36,469 bases of DNA from Jimgerdemannia flammicorona. Taxonomy: Eukaryota. Where the stretch lies: NCBI GenBank assembly GCA_003990765.1, contig RBNJ01000218.1, positions 1 through 36,469 of the forward strand, given 5' to 3'. The notes under the pieces were generated by a model. It saw nothing but the letters and a program-made list of their open reading frames with translations. It was not told the origin of the DNA and ran no database searches. Numbering within the stretch: position 1 is the first letter of the stretch; each line of letters begins with the position of its first letter. The translations under genes and the position numbers were made by a program. Of the stretch, positions 11,095-23,034 are shown one piece after another.

Positions 11095-11506
11095 AACCAA
11101 AATACTCCACACCTATCAATACATACTATATATTATCCTTCTGAATATTATAATTATGGTAAACCAAACCAAGAACTCAGCAAAACAAGACAAGAATACC
11201 GAACCCCTGGAAAAATAGCAAAACTGAAAGCAGGCCTATTCTCCCTGTACCACTGGTGGGAAACAAGACATAAACATTTAAGAAGATTCCTTAGAGGAAA
11301 TTCTCCAGCAGTGAATGATGTCAGAATTACTTCTGGCACATGGTATTGAACATATGACCCTTTAATGTGTGAATCCAATACGTTAGGCAACTGTACTACG
11401 AGCATGCCACTTTCTGAGAAAATGGATCTTACCAGACTTTTGACCTCCCAAATGGTGTAACAACACTAGAACAAATTAGAAGGCCCCGACGAGGATGTTG
11501 AAAGCT

Positions 11507-11519
11507 AAGAAGGGGAGAG
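11507..11519 (+). other. Polypurine tract of B
   Basis: AAGAAGGGGAGAG immediately before the 3' LTR TG at 11521. Confidence 0.9.
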
Positions 11520-11520
11520 T

Positions 11521-13466
11521 TGTAAGCGCACAACCTCCAAGCTACCAAAATTATATATCACCCTCTGAACAAGCCACTGAAATCACATGCGACCCCTGAA
11601 CAAATCTGGAAATCACCTGCTTGATCACAAAGCTGAGTCAAACCGAAGTCACAGTGCACAAAGCTGAGTCAATATAAAGTCACAGAACACAAGATCTATG
11701 CAAACAGAATCTTACCAATCAGGACCAAATGCATATATACCAAGCACCAAGACATGTCAAAACAGAGAACCAAAACAAACAACAATAACCACAAACTTCC
11801 AAACACACAAACATGACCACTGAGATCTACAACCATATCTGTGCTGACATTTGGAATACCATTGTCAACCGAGCCACACCCCCTTTGCCTCTCATGAATA
11901 TCCATAGCCTGACACCCCTCTACTTTGTGGAAGCCCGATGGAATGCTCTAAACATACTTAGTGAGGCCCACTGAATCGGACAAATCTCAAGCTACTATCA
12001 GATTAGCTACCTCCTGGAAGATATGGTCAAACACCACTATGATACAGATATTACCCAGATGTCTCAACACCAGAAGCTCATTGCCTGCAAACATTGAGAA
12101 CTCTTCTACGAGTATAGTACCATTATTCCCCGCCTCTAAGTTACTATCAGTAAAATGGTTGCTACCCTGTCCTATAGCCAAATCAATGACATGATACAAG
12201 AACTCAACCACAAGTACCTTGAGTACATTCAGACCACAGACAGAACCTTCCCACACCCTGATGACCATATCCTGCATATGCCCCAAGTCGGATATGCTAT
12301 GAAGGACATCTATGATATAATCCAGTTCGATGAAGATGAAGCAGAAGACAATGATCCCTTGGACACCGATATGACCCCAAGCTAAGGATCTCTGCCAACA
12401 CTTATTACACCACCAATCTTGCCAATGAACTTACAACAGTTCATAACCACATACAAGACTTATTGGGACAATGACCACTGGTATGAATACCAACTCGTGT
12501 TCACCCCCGATTACTTCAACTACAATGAAGAGACTGAAGAATACAATCTATACCTCCAGATAACTCTCGAGATCGAACCAACCACCCCACCACCCAAGTA
12601 TGAGCGATATGAACCACAGCCACCAGCATACTACAATCCCGTGACTCATAGTACTGTAACCTACAGAAGGTACGCAGATAGCGAATCCGATGAAAGTGAA
12701 GACAATGCACCACTCCTTCATCCACCAATACCTTATCCAGCATATGAGACAGATGATGCTATCCTGTGGGACAGTGACAAAGTTCCAATGTATTATTACC
12801 TCAGTGAACAAGGAGAAGTAATCTACGAACTACTTTTCCTAGATGACTACTTCATCAGAGATAATGCAATTGATGGTGATGTCATCGAGGACTACCCAGA
12901 CAGTGCCTAAACCCATAAATAGCCTAGCAGTCATAGTATAGTTAGATTAGCATTGTATGACGTAACTGTGAACTGACTTAGCAGTCAGATGATCTCTTGA
13001 CATATCAGATCACACTTGTACTACGTGACTGCATTCCAACTCAGCAAGGCACTTAGTACTACATCCATATTGAGCATAGTCCAGATAGCCCCTCATTAGT
13101 ATAAATATCCCCTCCCCCAGACCTCAGAATCTCAGACACAAACATATAAGAACATTCCTGAATACTTCCCCCACAATATCTCTTCATACAAACTACTCCT
13201 AGTATAGCAATATCATGAATAGCAAATAAATCTATTTGATAACCCTCAAACTACTCTTAAGTAAATCCGCTCTCTGTTAGGTCTCACTCCTAACCTCATC
13301 ACAAAATTTCCTAATTGGGTATTGTCTGCAGTGATACACTGATTCAACTAAGCTGATCTTAGTTTCTTGAACTTCCTGAAATATGAAAAATCCTGAACAT
13401 CCAGAACTAGTCCAAAAAAGGACTTTGATTGAGATGTCAATCTGATCTTGAAATCAATAAGTGTAG
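11521..13466 (+). repeat. Element B 3' LTR, first 1946 bp (interrupted by C)
   Basis: Colinear with the 5' LTR and breaks at TSD TGTAG (13462-13466). Confidence 0.95.
11813..12910 (+). pseudogene. LTR(U3) ORF, B 3' LTR copy
   Basis: ATG 11813 to TAA 12910 spans 1098 bp and includes track ORFs 12155..12385 and 12419..12910. Confidence 0.85.
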
Positions 13467-15528
13467 TGTAAGAGGGTTACTTTTTAGAGTGACCATTACG
13501 TAGTTCTGGAAAGGTTTTCTGGATATTCTGGATGTTCTAGAAGACCATTTTCTTATGATCAAGATCAATTTTATATGGAGTACATCCTCTATGCTTATTG
13601 ATTTTAAGATCAGGTTGACATCTCAACCAAAGTCCTTTTTTGGACTAGTTCTGGATGTTCAGGATTTTCCATATTTCAGAAAGTTCAAGAAACTAAGATC
13701 AGCTTAGTTGAATTGGCGTATCGCTGCAGACAATACCCAATTAGGAAATTTCATGATGGGGTTAGGGGTAGGACCTAACAGGGAGCTGATTTACTTAAGA
13801 GTGATTTGTGGGTTATGGAATAGGTTTATTTGCTATTCATGATATTGCAATACTAGGAGTATTTGTATAAAAGGGTATTGTGGGGAAGTATTCAGGAATG
13901 TTCTTGTGTGTTTGAGTCTGAGATTCTGAGATCTGGGGGAGGGAGTATTTATACTAGTGAGGGGCTATCTGGACTATACTAGATATGGATGTAGCACTAA
14001 GTACCTTGCTGAGTCGGAATGCAGTCACGTAGTACAAGTGTGATCTGACATGTCAAGAGATCATCTGACTGCTGAGTTAGTTTACAGTCACATTGTACAA
14101 AGCTAATCTAACTATACTATGACTGCTAGGCTATTTATGGGTTTAGGCACTGTCTGGGTAGTCTTCAATGACATCACCATCAATGACATCATCTCTGATA
14201 AAGTAGTCATCTAGGAAGAGTGGTTCGTGGATTACTTCTCCTTGTTGGCTGAGGTAGTAATATATTGGGACTTCATCTCTATTCTACAGAATAGCATCGT
14301 CTGTTTCGTATGCTAGATAAGGTATTGGTGGGCGAAGGATAGGTGTATTGTCTTCACTTTCATCAGATTTGCTATCTGCATACCTTCTATAGGTTACAGT
14401 ACTATGAGTCGCAGGGTTGTAGTAAGCTGGTGGCTGTGGTTCATGTCACTCATATTCAGGTAGTGAGGTTGTTGGTTCGATCTCTAGAGTTGTCTGGAGG
14501 TACAGGTTGTGTTCTCCGGTCTCTTCATTATAATTGAAGTAATCGGGAATGAATGCAGGTTGGTATTCATACCAGTGGTCATTGTCCCAATAAGTCTTGT
14601 ATGCAGTTATGAACTATTGTAAGTTCATCGGCAAGGTTGGTGGCGTGATCAGGGTTGGCAGAGATCTTTGGCTAGAGGTTATGTTGGTATCAGAGGGATT
14701 ATTGTCTTCTGCTTCATCTTCGTCGAAGTGGATTATATCATAGATATCCTTCATGGTATATCCGACTTGAGGTATTTGCAGGATATGGTCATCAGGGTGC
14801 GGGAAGCTTCTGTCTGTAGTCTGGATGTATTCGAGGTACTTGTGGTTGAGTTTTTGTATCATGTCATCGATTTGGCCATAGGACAGAGTAGCAACCATTT
14901 CACTGGTAGTAACTCGGAGGTGGGGAATAATGGTGCTATACTCATAGAAGAGTTCTTGATGTTTGCGGGTAATGAGCTTCTGGTGTTGAGACATCTGAGT
15001 AATGTCTGTATCATAGTGGTGTTCAACCATGTCTTCTAGGAGGCGGCCAATCTGATAGTAGCTTGAGATTTGTCCGATTCGGTAGGCCTTGCTAAGCATG
15101 TTCAGAGCATTCCATCGGGCTTCCACAAAGTAGAGGAGTGCTAGGCTATGGATATTCATGAGGGGCAGAGAGGGTGTGGCTTGGTTGATAATGGCATTCC
15201 AAATGTCAGTGCAGATACAGTTGTAGATCTCAGTAGTCATGTTTGTATGTTTGGAAGTTGTGGTTGTTGTTTGTTTTAGTTCTCTGATTCTACGTATCTC
15301 GGTGCTCGGTATATATGCATTTAGTCCTGATTGGTAAGATTCTGTTTATGTAAATCTTGTATTCCGTGACTTCATATTGACTCAGCTTTGTGCACTGTGA
15401 CTTCAGTTTGACTCAGCTTCATAATTAAGCAGATGATTTCCAGATTTGTTCAGAGGTTGCATGTAATTTCAGTGGCTTGTTCAGAGGGTGACGTATAATT
15501 TCAGTGGCTTGGAGGTTGTACGCTTACA
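13467..15528 (-). repeat. Element C 3' LTR (2062 bp)
   Basis: Reverse complement of the B LTR, adjacent to the minus-strand PPT (ACTCTCCCCTTCTT on +). Confidence 0.95.
14143..15240 (-). pseudogene. LTR(U3) ORF, C 3' LTR copy
   Basis: 1098 bp long, with the first 208 codons open (track ORF 14614..15240). Confidence 0.85.
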
Positions 15529-15953
15529 ACTCTCCCCTTCTTAGCTTTCAACGTCCTTATCGGGGCCTTCTAATTTGTTCTAGTGTTGTTATACTGTTTG
15601 AGAGGTCAAAAGTCTAGTAAGGTCCATTTTCTCAGAAAGTGGCATCCTCATAATACAGTTGCTTAATGCATTGGATTCACACGTTAAAGGGTCATGTGTT
15701 CAATACTATGTACCAGAAGTGATTCTGATATCATTCACTGCTGGAGAATTTCCTCTAAAGAATCTTCTTAAATGTCTATGTCTTGTTTCCCACCAGTGGT
15801 ACAGAGAGAATAGGCTTGCTTTCAGTTTTGCTATTTTTTCAAGAGATTCGGTGTTCTTGTCTTGTTTTGCTGAGTTCTTGGTTTGGTTCACAAAATTATA
15901 ATATTCAGGAGAGTAATATATAGTATATATAGATAGATGCAGAGTATTTGGTT

Positions 15954-16997
15954 CTAGTTGTTCAAGGAATCATATTTCTGAATCAGGTCAGTAGCATTCT
16001 GAAGATTGGTCTTGGGTTCCCAGGCTACATCATGGATCAGGTAACCTTTCCATTTGACAAGGTACTCAGGATGGTTCTTGTTGCCACATTTGTTGAGGAT
16101 TTGTTCAACTTCGTACTCTTCTTCATCATTAATAATAACAGGTGTAGGTGGTTCAGTGGTCTGGTTGGGGAATAGCTCATCATCATTCTCATTGTATCAC
16201 TTGAGATGTTGAACATTAAAGACTGGGTGAATCTTAATGGTGTCCAGTAGCGCCAGTTTGTAGGAGGTTGGAGAGACTTGTGTGATGACTTCAAATGGTC
16301 CAATAAACTTGCCATTCAGCTTAGTAGATGGTCTGTGCTTGAGGTTGTCAACTCGGTATCCTCTGATGTCTAGTAGGACTTTTTCTCCAATATCAAAAGT
16401 TTCTTCTCGGTAGTGTTGGTTAACATACTGTGATTGTTGTTCTTGAGCATGCGATAAATTCTCAATGGCAATCTGGCTTAAATTGCACATTCGGAGTAAG
16501 AATTCTTCAATAGCTTCAACTGTGGAGAGTTCATCGGTAGTTCGGATAAGTGTCAAAGGGGTGTTTGGGTTTTGTCCAGTATTAGCGAAGAATGGGGTCT
16601 TCCAAGAGAGGCTTGCTTGCTGTTGTTATAGGCAAACTCAACTGCCATGAGATGTTCATGCCAATCATCTTGTCTGTAAGAGACATAGTTCCTTAGCATT
16701 TGTTCTAGAGTTCGGTTCATTCTTTCGGTTTGGCCATCAGTTTCAGGGTGAAAGGCTGTGGATAGTGCAAGTTTTGTTCCAAGGTATACATGGAGAGCTT
16801 TCCAAAAGTGGCTGGTAAATTTCAGATCTCGGTCACTAACAATGATCTTAGGAAGACCATGATAGTGGAAGATGTTGTCAAACAAGAGTGTAGCTATATC
16901 TGGTACTGTTGCAGTAGTGGTAGTAGGTACAAAGTGGGCTTGTTTGCTGAGGTAGTCCACAAAGACAACAATTGCATCTTTTCTGTTCTTAGTTCAG
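15954..16997 (-). pseudogene. pol: Element C integrase core, C-terminus and chromodomain
   Basis: DYLSKQAHF..SDRD..HPETDGQTER..EFAYNN, FIGPFEV..IHPVFNV and a chromodomain, colinear with B ~10050-11094. Confidence 0.92.
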
Positions 16998-17400
16998 TGT
17001 AACATTTTAGCATAGTTTATTCCTTTTCTTTGTCTTTCTCCAATATTCTATAACCTTCTGGTACTTTCCGAATGCTTAGAAATCCTTTCTTGGCACTGAG
17101 CATTAACTAGTACTTATTTAGTTAGTCACTGAATGTCCTGGAAACTTGTAGAACTTTATTTGTCATCATTTATCATCTTTGCCAAGAACTTTCCTCTTGG
17201 CATTTTCCTTTGATTTCTCAGATCCTTCTGGATCCTTCTTTCAGATCTTGTATAAATATCCCCTTTGTTCTCATAAATAAAGCCTCAGAATATTTTCTCC
17301 CAGAAATCTTTTGAGAACACTTGAATCCTTAGTATCTCTTCGAGCTACTTAGGACTACCAGAATTAGTCACTTCCTCATTTAGAAACTAGAACCATTACA
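16998..17400 (+). repeat. Element D 5' LTR
   Basis: 403 bp with about 12 differences from the 3' LTR by eye, all transitions. Confidence 0.97.
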
Positions 17401-17402
17401 CT

Positions 17403-17415
17403 TGGTAGCAGCGGT
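17403..17415 (+). other. Primer-binding site of D (initiator tRNA-Met type)
   Basis: TGGTAGCAGCGGT lies 2 nt after the LTR. TGGTAGC is complementary to the 3' end (..GCUACCA) of eukaryotic tRNAi-Met. Confidence 0.85.
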
Positions 17416-17468
17416 GAAGTTACACCTAGCCTTATTAAGACACCTCTCAAGATATCAGTCACAACACT

Positions 17469-20400
17469 ATGGAGGACAATGGGTGGAACCCTTCATACAA
17501 TGCCTATGGTCCAGGCAATACCTCTTACCATCAGCAAGAAGAAGAAGAGGAACAGCCAATCCCCATCTAGTCAACTGGGTCCATCGAGAGTCTTTTGCAA
17601 ACTGCATTTGCTCAGATCGCCCAACTTCAAGAACGTGTAGAAAGAAAGGAAAGCAAGGCCTCTGCTCATACCTCCACACCTCTACCGACATCAATACATC
17701 CGACAGCAGTCACTATCAAGCCCCAGAAGCCTGATACCTTTGATGGTCAAAGAGGAGGACTGTCTACTGACACCTGGCTTTTCCAATTGGAGCAATATGG
17801 AGAACTGACCAATTTGGAAGAAACAACACTAGTCCAATTTGCCACCACACTCCTCTGAGAGAATGCTGCAATCTGGTGGCGAAATCATGTCCAGAATACC
17901 AGATTCTCTGGCCAAATCAAGACCTGGGGCAAATTCTCTAATGCTATTCAAGGCCAATTCAAACCAGTCAACAGCACCAAGACTGCACGAGACTGTCTGG
18001 CAAATGTCAAACAACTCAAGTCTGTACAAGCATACAATACACAATTCCTGTCAATTCTGCTAGAATTACCACATGTCACTGAAGACGAGAAGGTTGACAA
18101 GTATATCCAAGGTTTGAAAGGCCAAACTCGAGTTCGTGTTGAACTAGAAGAACCCAAGGACCTAGACACAGCAATGAAAATTGCTGATAGGTTTGATGTC
18201 ATCACCTATGGTCACCACTTTGAACAGAAGAGACCACCTTTCAACAACAACAACAACCACAGAAGGGAGGAACCCAAAGTCAGAACTGTTGGACCTGCCC
18301 CCATAGACCTAGACACCATCGACAAGAGCAAGAAAGGCAAGCTTACACCCAAGGAAAAGGAGCACCTTAAGAAGGCTGGAGCCTACTTCTTTTGCCATCA
18401 GCCTGATCACATTGCAACCAAATGTCCCAAGAAAACCGCGGAACCAAAGAGGATCCTGGTCCTGTCCAAAGACACTCAAGGTCAACCAGTTGAATAAGAA
18501 GTTGTACTCAATTTCATGCGAGTCAACTCCAAGGCCCAGATCCCTCAAGTACAGTCAGAAGGAGCCATTGGTTTGGACCTTCAAGCAGTACAACAAGTCA
18601 CTATTCCGGCACATGAAAGAAGGCTCATCCCAACTGGCCTTTCAGTCGAAATCCCCAAGAAACATTATGCAAGAATTGCACCAAAATCTGGCCTCAGCTT
18701 CAAGCACTTATTGGATGTTGGTGCTAGAGTCATAGACTCTGACTTCCGAGGTGAAATGCAAGTTCTGCTAGTCAACCACAAGAACCAGCCATATACCATC
18801 AATGAAGGAGATAGAATTGCACAGCTCATTCTGGAGTGAGCCACCCTACCAGTCGTCAAAGAAGTTACCAAGCTGTCTTCCACTAAGCGAGATCAGAAAG
18901 GCTATGGCAGCACTGACAAAGTTGCAAGCATAGCTGAGAACTGAGCCAATTCAATGCTCATTTTCAAAGGTCTAGTCAAGGGACAAGAACTAGATGTTCT
19001 CATAGACAGTGGAGCTGTTGGGAACTTCATCAACAAGAACCTCATCGACAAACTCAAGATTCTCACCAAACCAGCTGGCAAGAATGGTGGAGTTGTCACA
19101 GCAGATGGCACCACCTTACCAATTGACTCAATTACCGCTAAACTTCCCCTCAAGATCCAGAAGTACTGGGAACATTTAGATTTCGAGGTAGCACCACTAG
19201 GAGACCATGACCTGATCCTAGGCAAACCCTGGCTTACCCGGCACAACCCTCAGATTGATTGGACCAAGAATGAAGTCACCTTGATTCAAGATAGAGTCAA
19301 CATTACCATCAAGCCAGACAAGACTTAGACGAGAACCCCAATTGCTACCCTTTCAGCAATCCAGTTCAAGAAGGCCCTCAAGAAAGCTACCTGTGCCTTT
19401 GTAGCACTGATCCAACCAAAGAAAGAAGACAAGAAGCTATCAATCAATGAAAGCATCAAGTTACTGCTGAACAAGTACAAGGATGTCTTTCCAGGCAAAC
19501 TACCTGGTCTACCACCTTCAAGAGACCATGACCACGAAATCAAGTTGGTACCTGATGCAGCTATACCCAAGAAGAAAATGTACCACATGTCTCCACTCGA
19601 AATTGAAGCAGTCAAGAAGGAACTCAACGAACTCATCGAGTGAGGAGCCATTCAGCCAAGCAAGTCACCCTTTGGCTCCCCAGTCCTATTCGTCAAGAAA
19701 AAGGATGATACTCTGTGAATGTGCATAGACTACCGAGCACTCAACAAGATCACTATCAAGAACCACTATCTGCTACCGCTCATAGATCAAATCTTTGATG
19801 CCCTCAAGAATGCAAAGTACTTCACCAAGATTGATCTCACCTCTGGGTATCACCAAATTCGAATCAAGCCAGAAGATATACCCAAGACTGCCTTTATGAC
19901 ACCCTTTGGACTCTACAAGTTTCTAGTCATGGCCTTTGATCTCACCAATGCACCAGCAACCTTTCAAGACCTCATGCAAACTGTCTTCAAGGACCAGCTT
20001 TATATCTTTGTACTCGTGTACATTGATGACATCCTGATCTTCAGTAGCACTGAAGAAGAACACCTCAAGCACATCGAACAAGTCCTCAAGATCCTCCACA
20101 AGAACAAGCTCTATGCAAAGCTCAAGAAATGTGAATTTTTCAAGGATAAAGTTGAATACCTTGGACACATTGTATCAGCCAAAGGAATTCAAGTAGACCC
20201 AAGAAAAATACAAGCCATTGAACAGTGGCCTGTATCCGCAAACCTCACTGAACTCAGGTCCTTCCTTGGTCTGGCTGGATACTACTGTCGATTTGTCAAG
20301 AACTTCTCTGGCATCGCAGAATCTTTGACAAACCTCCTGCAAAAGAAACCCAACTCTGACCTCTATGTTCCCTACATCTGGGATGCCTTCTGTCAACAAG

Positions 20401-22299
20401 CCTTTCAAGAACTCAAGAACTGCCTGACCCATGCACCTGTTCTTAGGAACATGGACCCAAACTTGAAGTTCATAGTCACTACAGATACATCTAACTTTGC
20501 CATTGGTGCAGTCATTTCTCAAGATGATGGTCAAGGACACCGACCTATTGCCTTTGAGTCAAGAAAATTGTCCCCAGCAGAACAAAAGCTGGCTACTCAT
20601 GAAAAGGAACTCCTGGCAATCATACATGCCCTCAAGACCTGGCGACACTATCTAGAAGGAGTTGAGTTCAATGTGATCACTGATCACAGATCCCTTCAGT
20701 ATATCAACACTCAACCAACCCTTTCTTGCCAACAAGCCAAGTGGAGTCAACTGCTTCAGACCTTTACCCCAAACATCATCTACAAGCCTGGCAAAACTCT
20801 AGTTGTACCAGATGCACTTTCAAGGAGACCTGACCTTGCCACAATTTTACAAGTCACTGTAGCATCTGAATTCCTCAACCAGATCAAGAAGGCATATGAA
20901 CAAGACCCTCTGGTTCTACAAAGGAACACTAAGGAATTCAAGGAAAAGTACACCATCAAGGACAACCTCGTGTACTATCAAGACAAAGTATATATTTCCT
21001 GCTAACCCTGAACTACAGTATAAGATGCTTCATGAACACCATGACTCCCCACTAGCTGGCCACCTTGGAACTGAGAAGACTATCAAGAATATCCAACAAG
21101 ACTACTACTAGCCAAACATGCTCAAGGAAATCAAGGAGTATGTTCAAAGCTGCGATCTTTGCCAAAGAAACAAGTCAAGCAACCAAGCACCTGCTGGTCT
21201 TCTACAATCTTTGTCAATTCCAACCAAGAAGTTCGAACAAGTCACAATGGACTTCATTGTACAACTCCCATGAACCAAAACAGGCTATGATGCTATTGTT
21301 GTGTTTGTGGACCATCTCACCAAGATTACAATCGCCAAGCCAACCACAACCAATGCCACTGCCCCAGAAATTGCAAGAATCTTCTTCAAGACTGTCTTCC
21401 GCCATTATGGACTTCCCCAAGTAATTATTAGCGACCATGACCCCAAGTTCACAAGTCACTTCTGGCAAGCACTCTTCAAGACCCTTGGAACCCAAATTGC
21501 TATGTCTATGGCTTTCCATCCTCAAACTGATGGACAGACAGAGTGAATGAACAGAATACTTGAACAAATGCTCAGAAACTACATGTCCTATGAGCAAGAT
21601 GATTGGGACCACTATCTGACTTACGCCGAGTTCGCCTACAACAATGCCAACCAATCATCAACAGGTCTTTCCCCATTTCAGCTACTTCACAGTCAAAACC
21701 CCGAGACCTCTGCAAGTCTAGTCCAATTCCAGCAATCCAGTCACACACAAGTCCCCACAGCCCAGAACCTTATCAACAAAATGGATTCCCTTCTCAAGAT
21801 TGCCACTATGAACCTGCAAAAGGCTCAGCAACATCAAGCTAAGTATGCAGATAAGAAGTGGCGAGATGTCATATACAATATTGGCGATATGGTTCTACTC
21901 AAAGCTGACAACATCAAGGCTTAATCTCAAGTCAACCGCCAGTCAGCCAAATTCCAGCCCAAGTATCTTAGACTCTTCGAGATTACTGAGCAAGTCTCTA
22001 CGTGGTCTTACCATCTCAACTTGCCAACAACCATATGTATACACTCAGTATTCCATATGTCACAACTCAAGGCCTGGAACCAGTCACCCCCATACTCTGG
22101 TCAAATTCCAATGCCATCAGTGCCAGTCATAGTTGAAGACCACATTGAGTATGAAGTCGAGAAAATCTTAGACAAACGAGTCCGATACTGTCACACAGAA
22201 TACCTAGTCAAGTGGATGGGTTACCCTGAATATGATGCCACCTGGGAACCTGCCACCAACCTCAAGAACTCCCAAGACCTCATCCAAGAGTTCGAGTAA
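17469..22299 (+). pseudogene. gag-pol: Element D gag-pol (Gag - Zn knuckle - dUTPase - PR - RT - RH - IN - chromodomain)
   Basis: ATG at 17469. Motifs: KPDTFDG, (Y)[53 protein letters not shown] and EYEVEKIL..YLVKWMGY..TWEP. It has point stops plus one frameshift near 20995-21000. Confidence 0.94.
18507..18917 (+). pseudogene. dut: dUTPase domain of element D (between Zn knuckle and protease)
   Basis: Motifs AIGLDL, PKSGLS, VIDSDFRGEM, GDRIAQLIL and RDQKGYGSTD. Confidence 0.94.
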
Positions 22300-22626
22300 A
22301 AAGGAACTCATTGACTGCCTATGAGGTTCTCCCCTTGGATAGTAGATGACCTACTGTGCTGATCAGGCATATTACACATTGGGGCTCTCTAAGGGATACA
22401 GCATCAGAAGCAAGAGATACAGGAGAACCCTATAAATCCTGCAACCAATGAGGTTCGAACCAGTTCTCATCCAATCAAGATGATACTTTGGCCCTCATCT
22501 TATACAAGGATGGCCAATCCTTGCCAATGAGTCGGTATATTTAATTTGAGTTTCTTTTAGTCTTATTGTTTATCATGTGTAACTTTGAGAATTCAACAAG
22601 GATGTTGATTCTTAAGGAGGGGGAGA

Positions 22627-23029
22627 TGTAACATTTTAGTGTAGTTTATTCCTTTTCTTTGTCTTTCTCCAATATTCTATAATCTTCTGGTACTTTTCGA
22701 ATACTTAGAAATCCTTTCTTGGCGCCGAGCATTAACTAGTACTTATTTAGTTAGTCACTGAATGTCCTGGAAACTTGTAGAACTTTATTTGTCATCATTT
22801 ATCATCTTTGCCGAGAACTTTCCTCTTGGCATTTTCCTTTGATTTCTCAGATCCTTCTGGATCCTTCTTTCAGATCTTGTATAAATATCCCCTTTGTTCT
22901 CATAAATAAAGCCTCAGAATATTTTCTCCCAGAAATCTTTCGAGAACACTTGAATCCTTAGTATCTTTTCGAGCTACTTAGGACTGCCAGAATTAGTCGC
23001 TTCCTCATTTAGAAACTAGAACCATTACA
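22627..23029 (+). repeat. Element D 3' LTR
   Basis: Direct repeat of 16998-17400, preceded by PPT AAGGAGGGGGAGA. Confidence 0.97.
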
Positions 23030-23034
23030 TTCAG

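Larger units (their letters stand above)
16998..23029 (+). mobile_element. Element D: full-length Ty3/Gypsy chromovirus with 403-bp LTRs, the youngest LTR insertion
   Basis: TG...CA LTRs at 16998-17400 and 22627-23029, TSD TTCAG at 16993-16997 and 23030-23034, PBS at 17403-17415 and PPT at 22614-22626. Confidence 0.97.

Noticed and set aside
11488..11520. Shared GAGGATGTTGA..TAAG..GGGGAG motif before the 3' LTR in B and D
   Set aside because: This is expected PPT-proximal conservation among related Gypsy elements and is not novel.
11521..15528. Inverted duplication as an assembly artefact or simple inversion
   Set aside because: C has its own TSD, PBS and PPT, and its two LTRs share diagnostic transversions and length (2062 bp) that differ from B's (2067/2068 bp).
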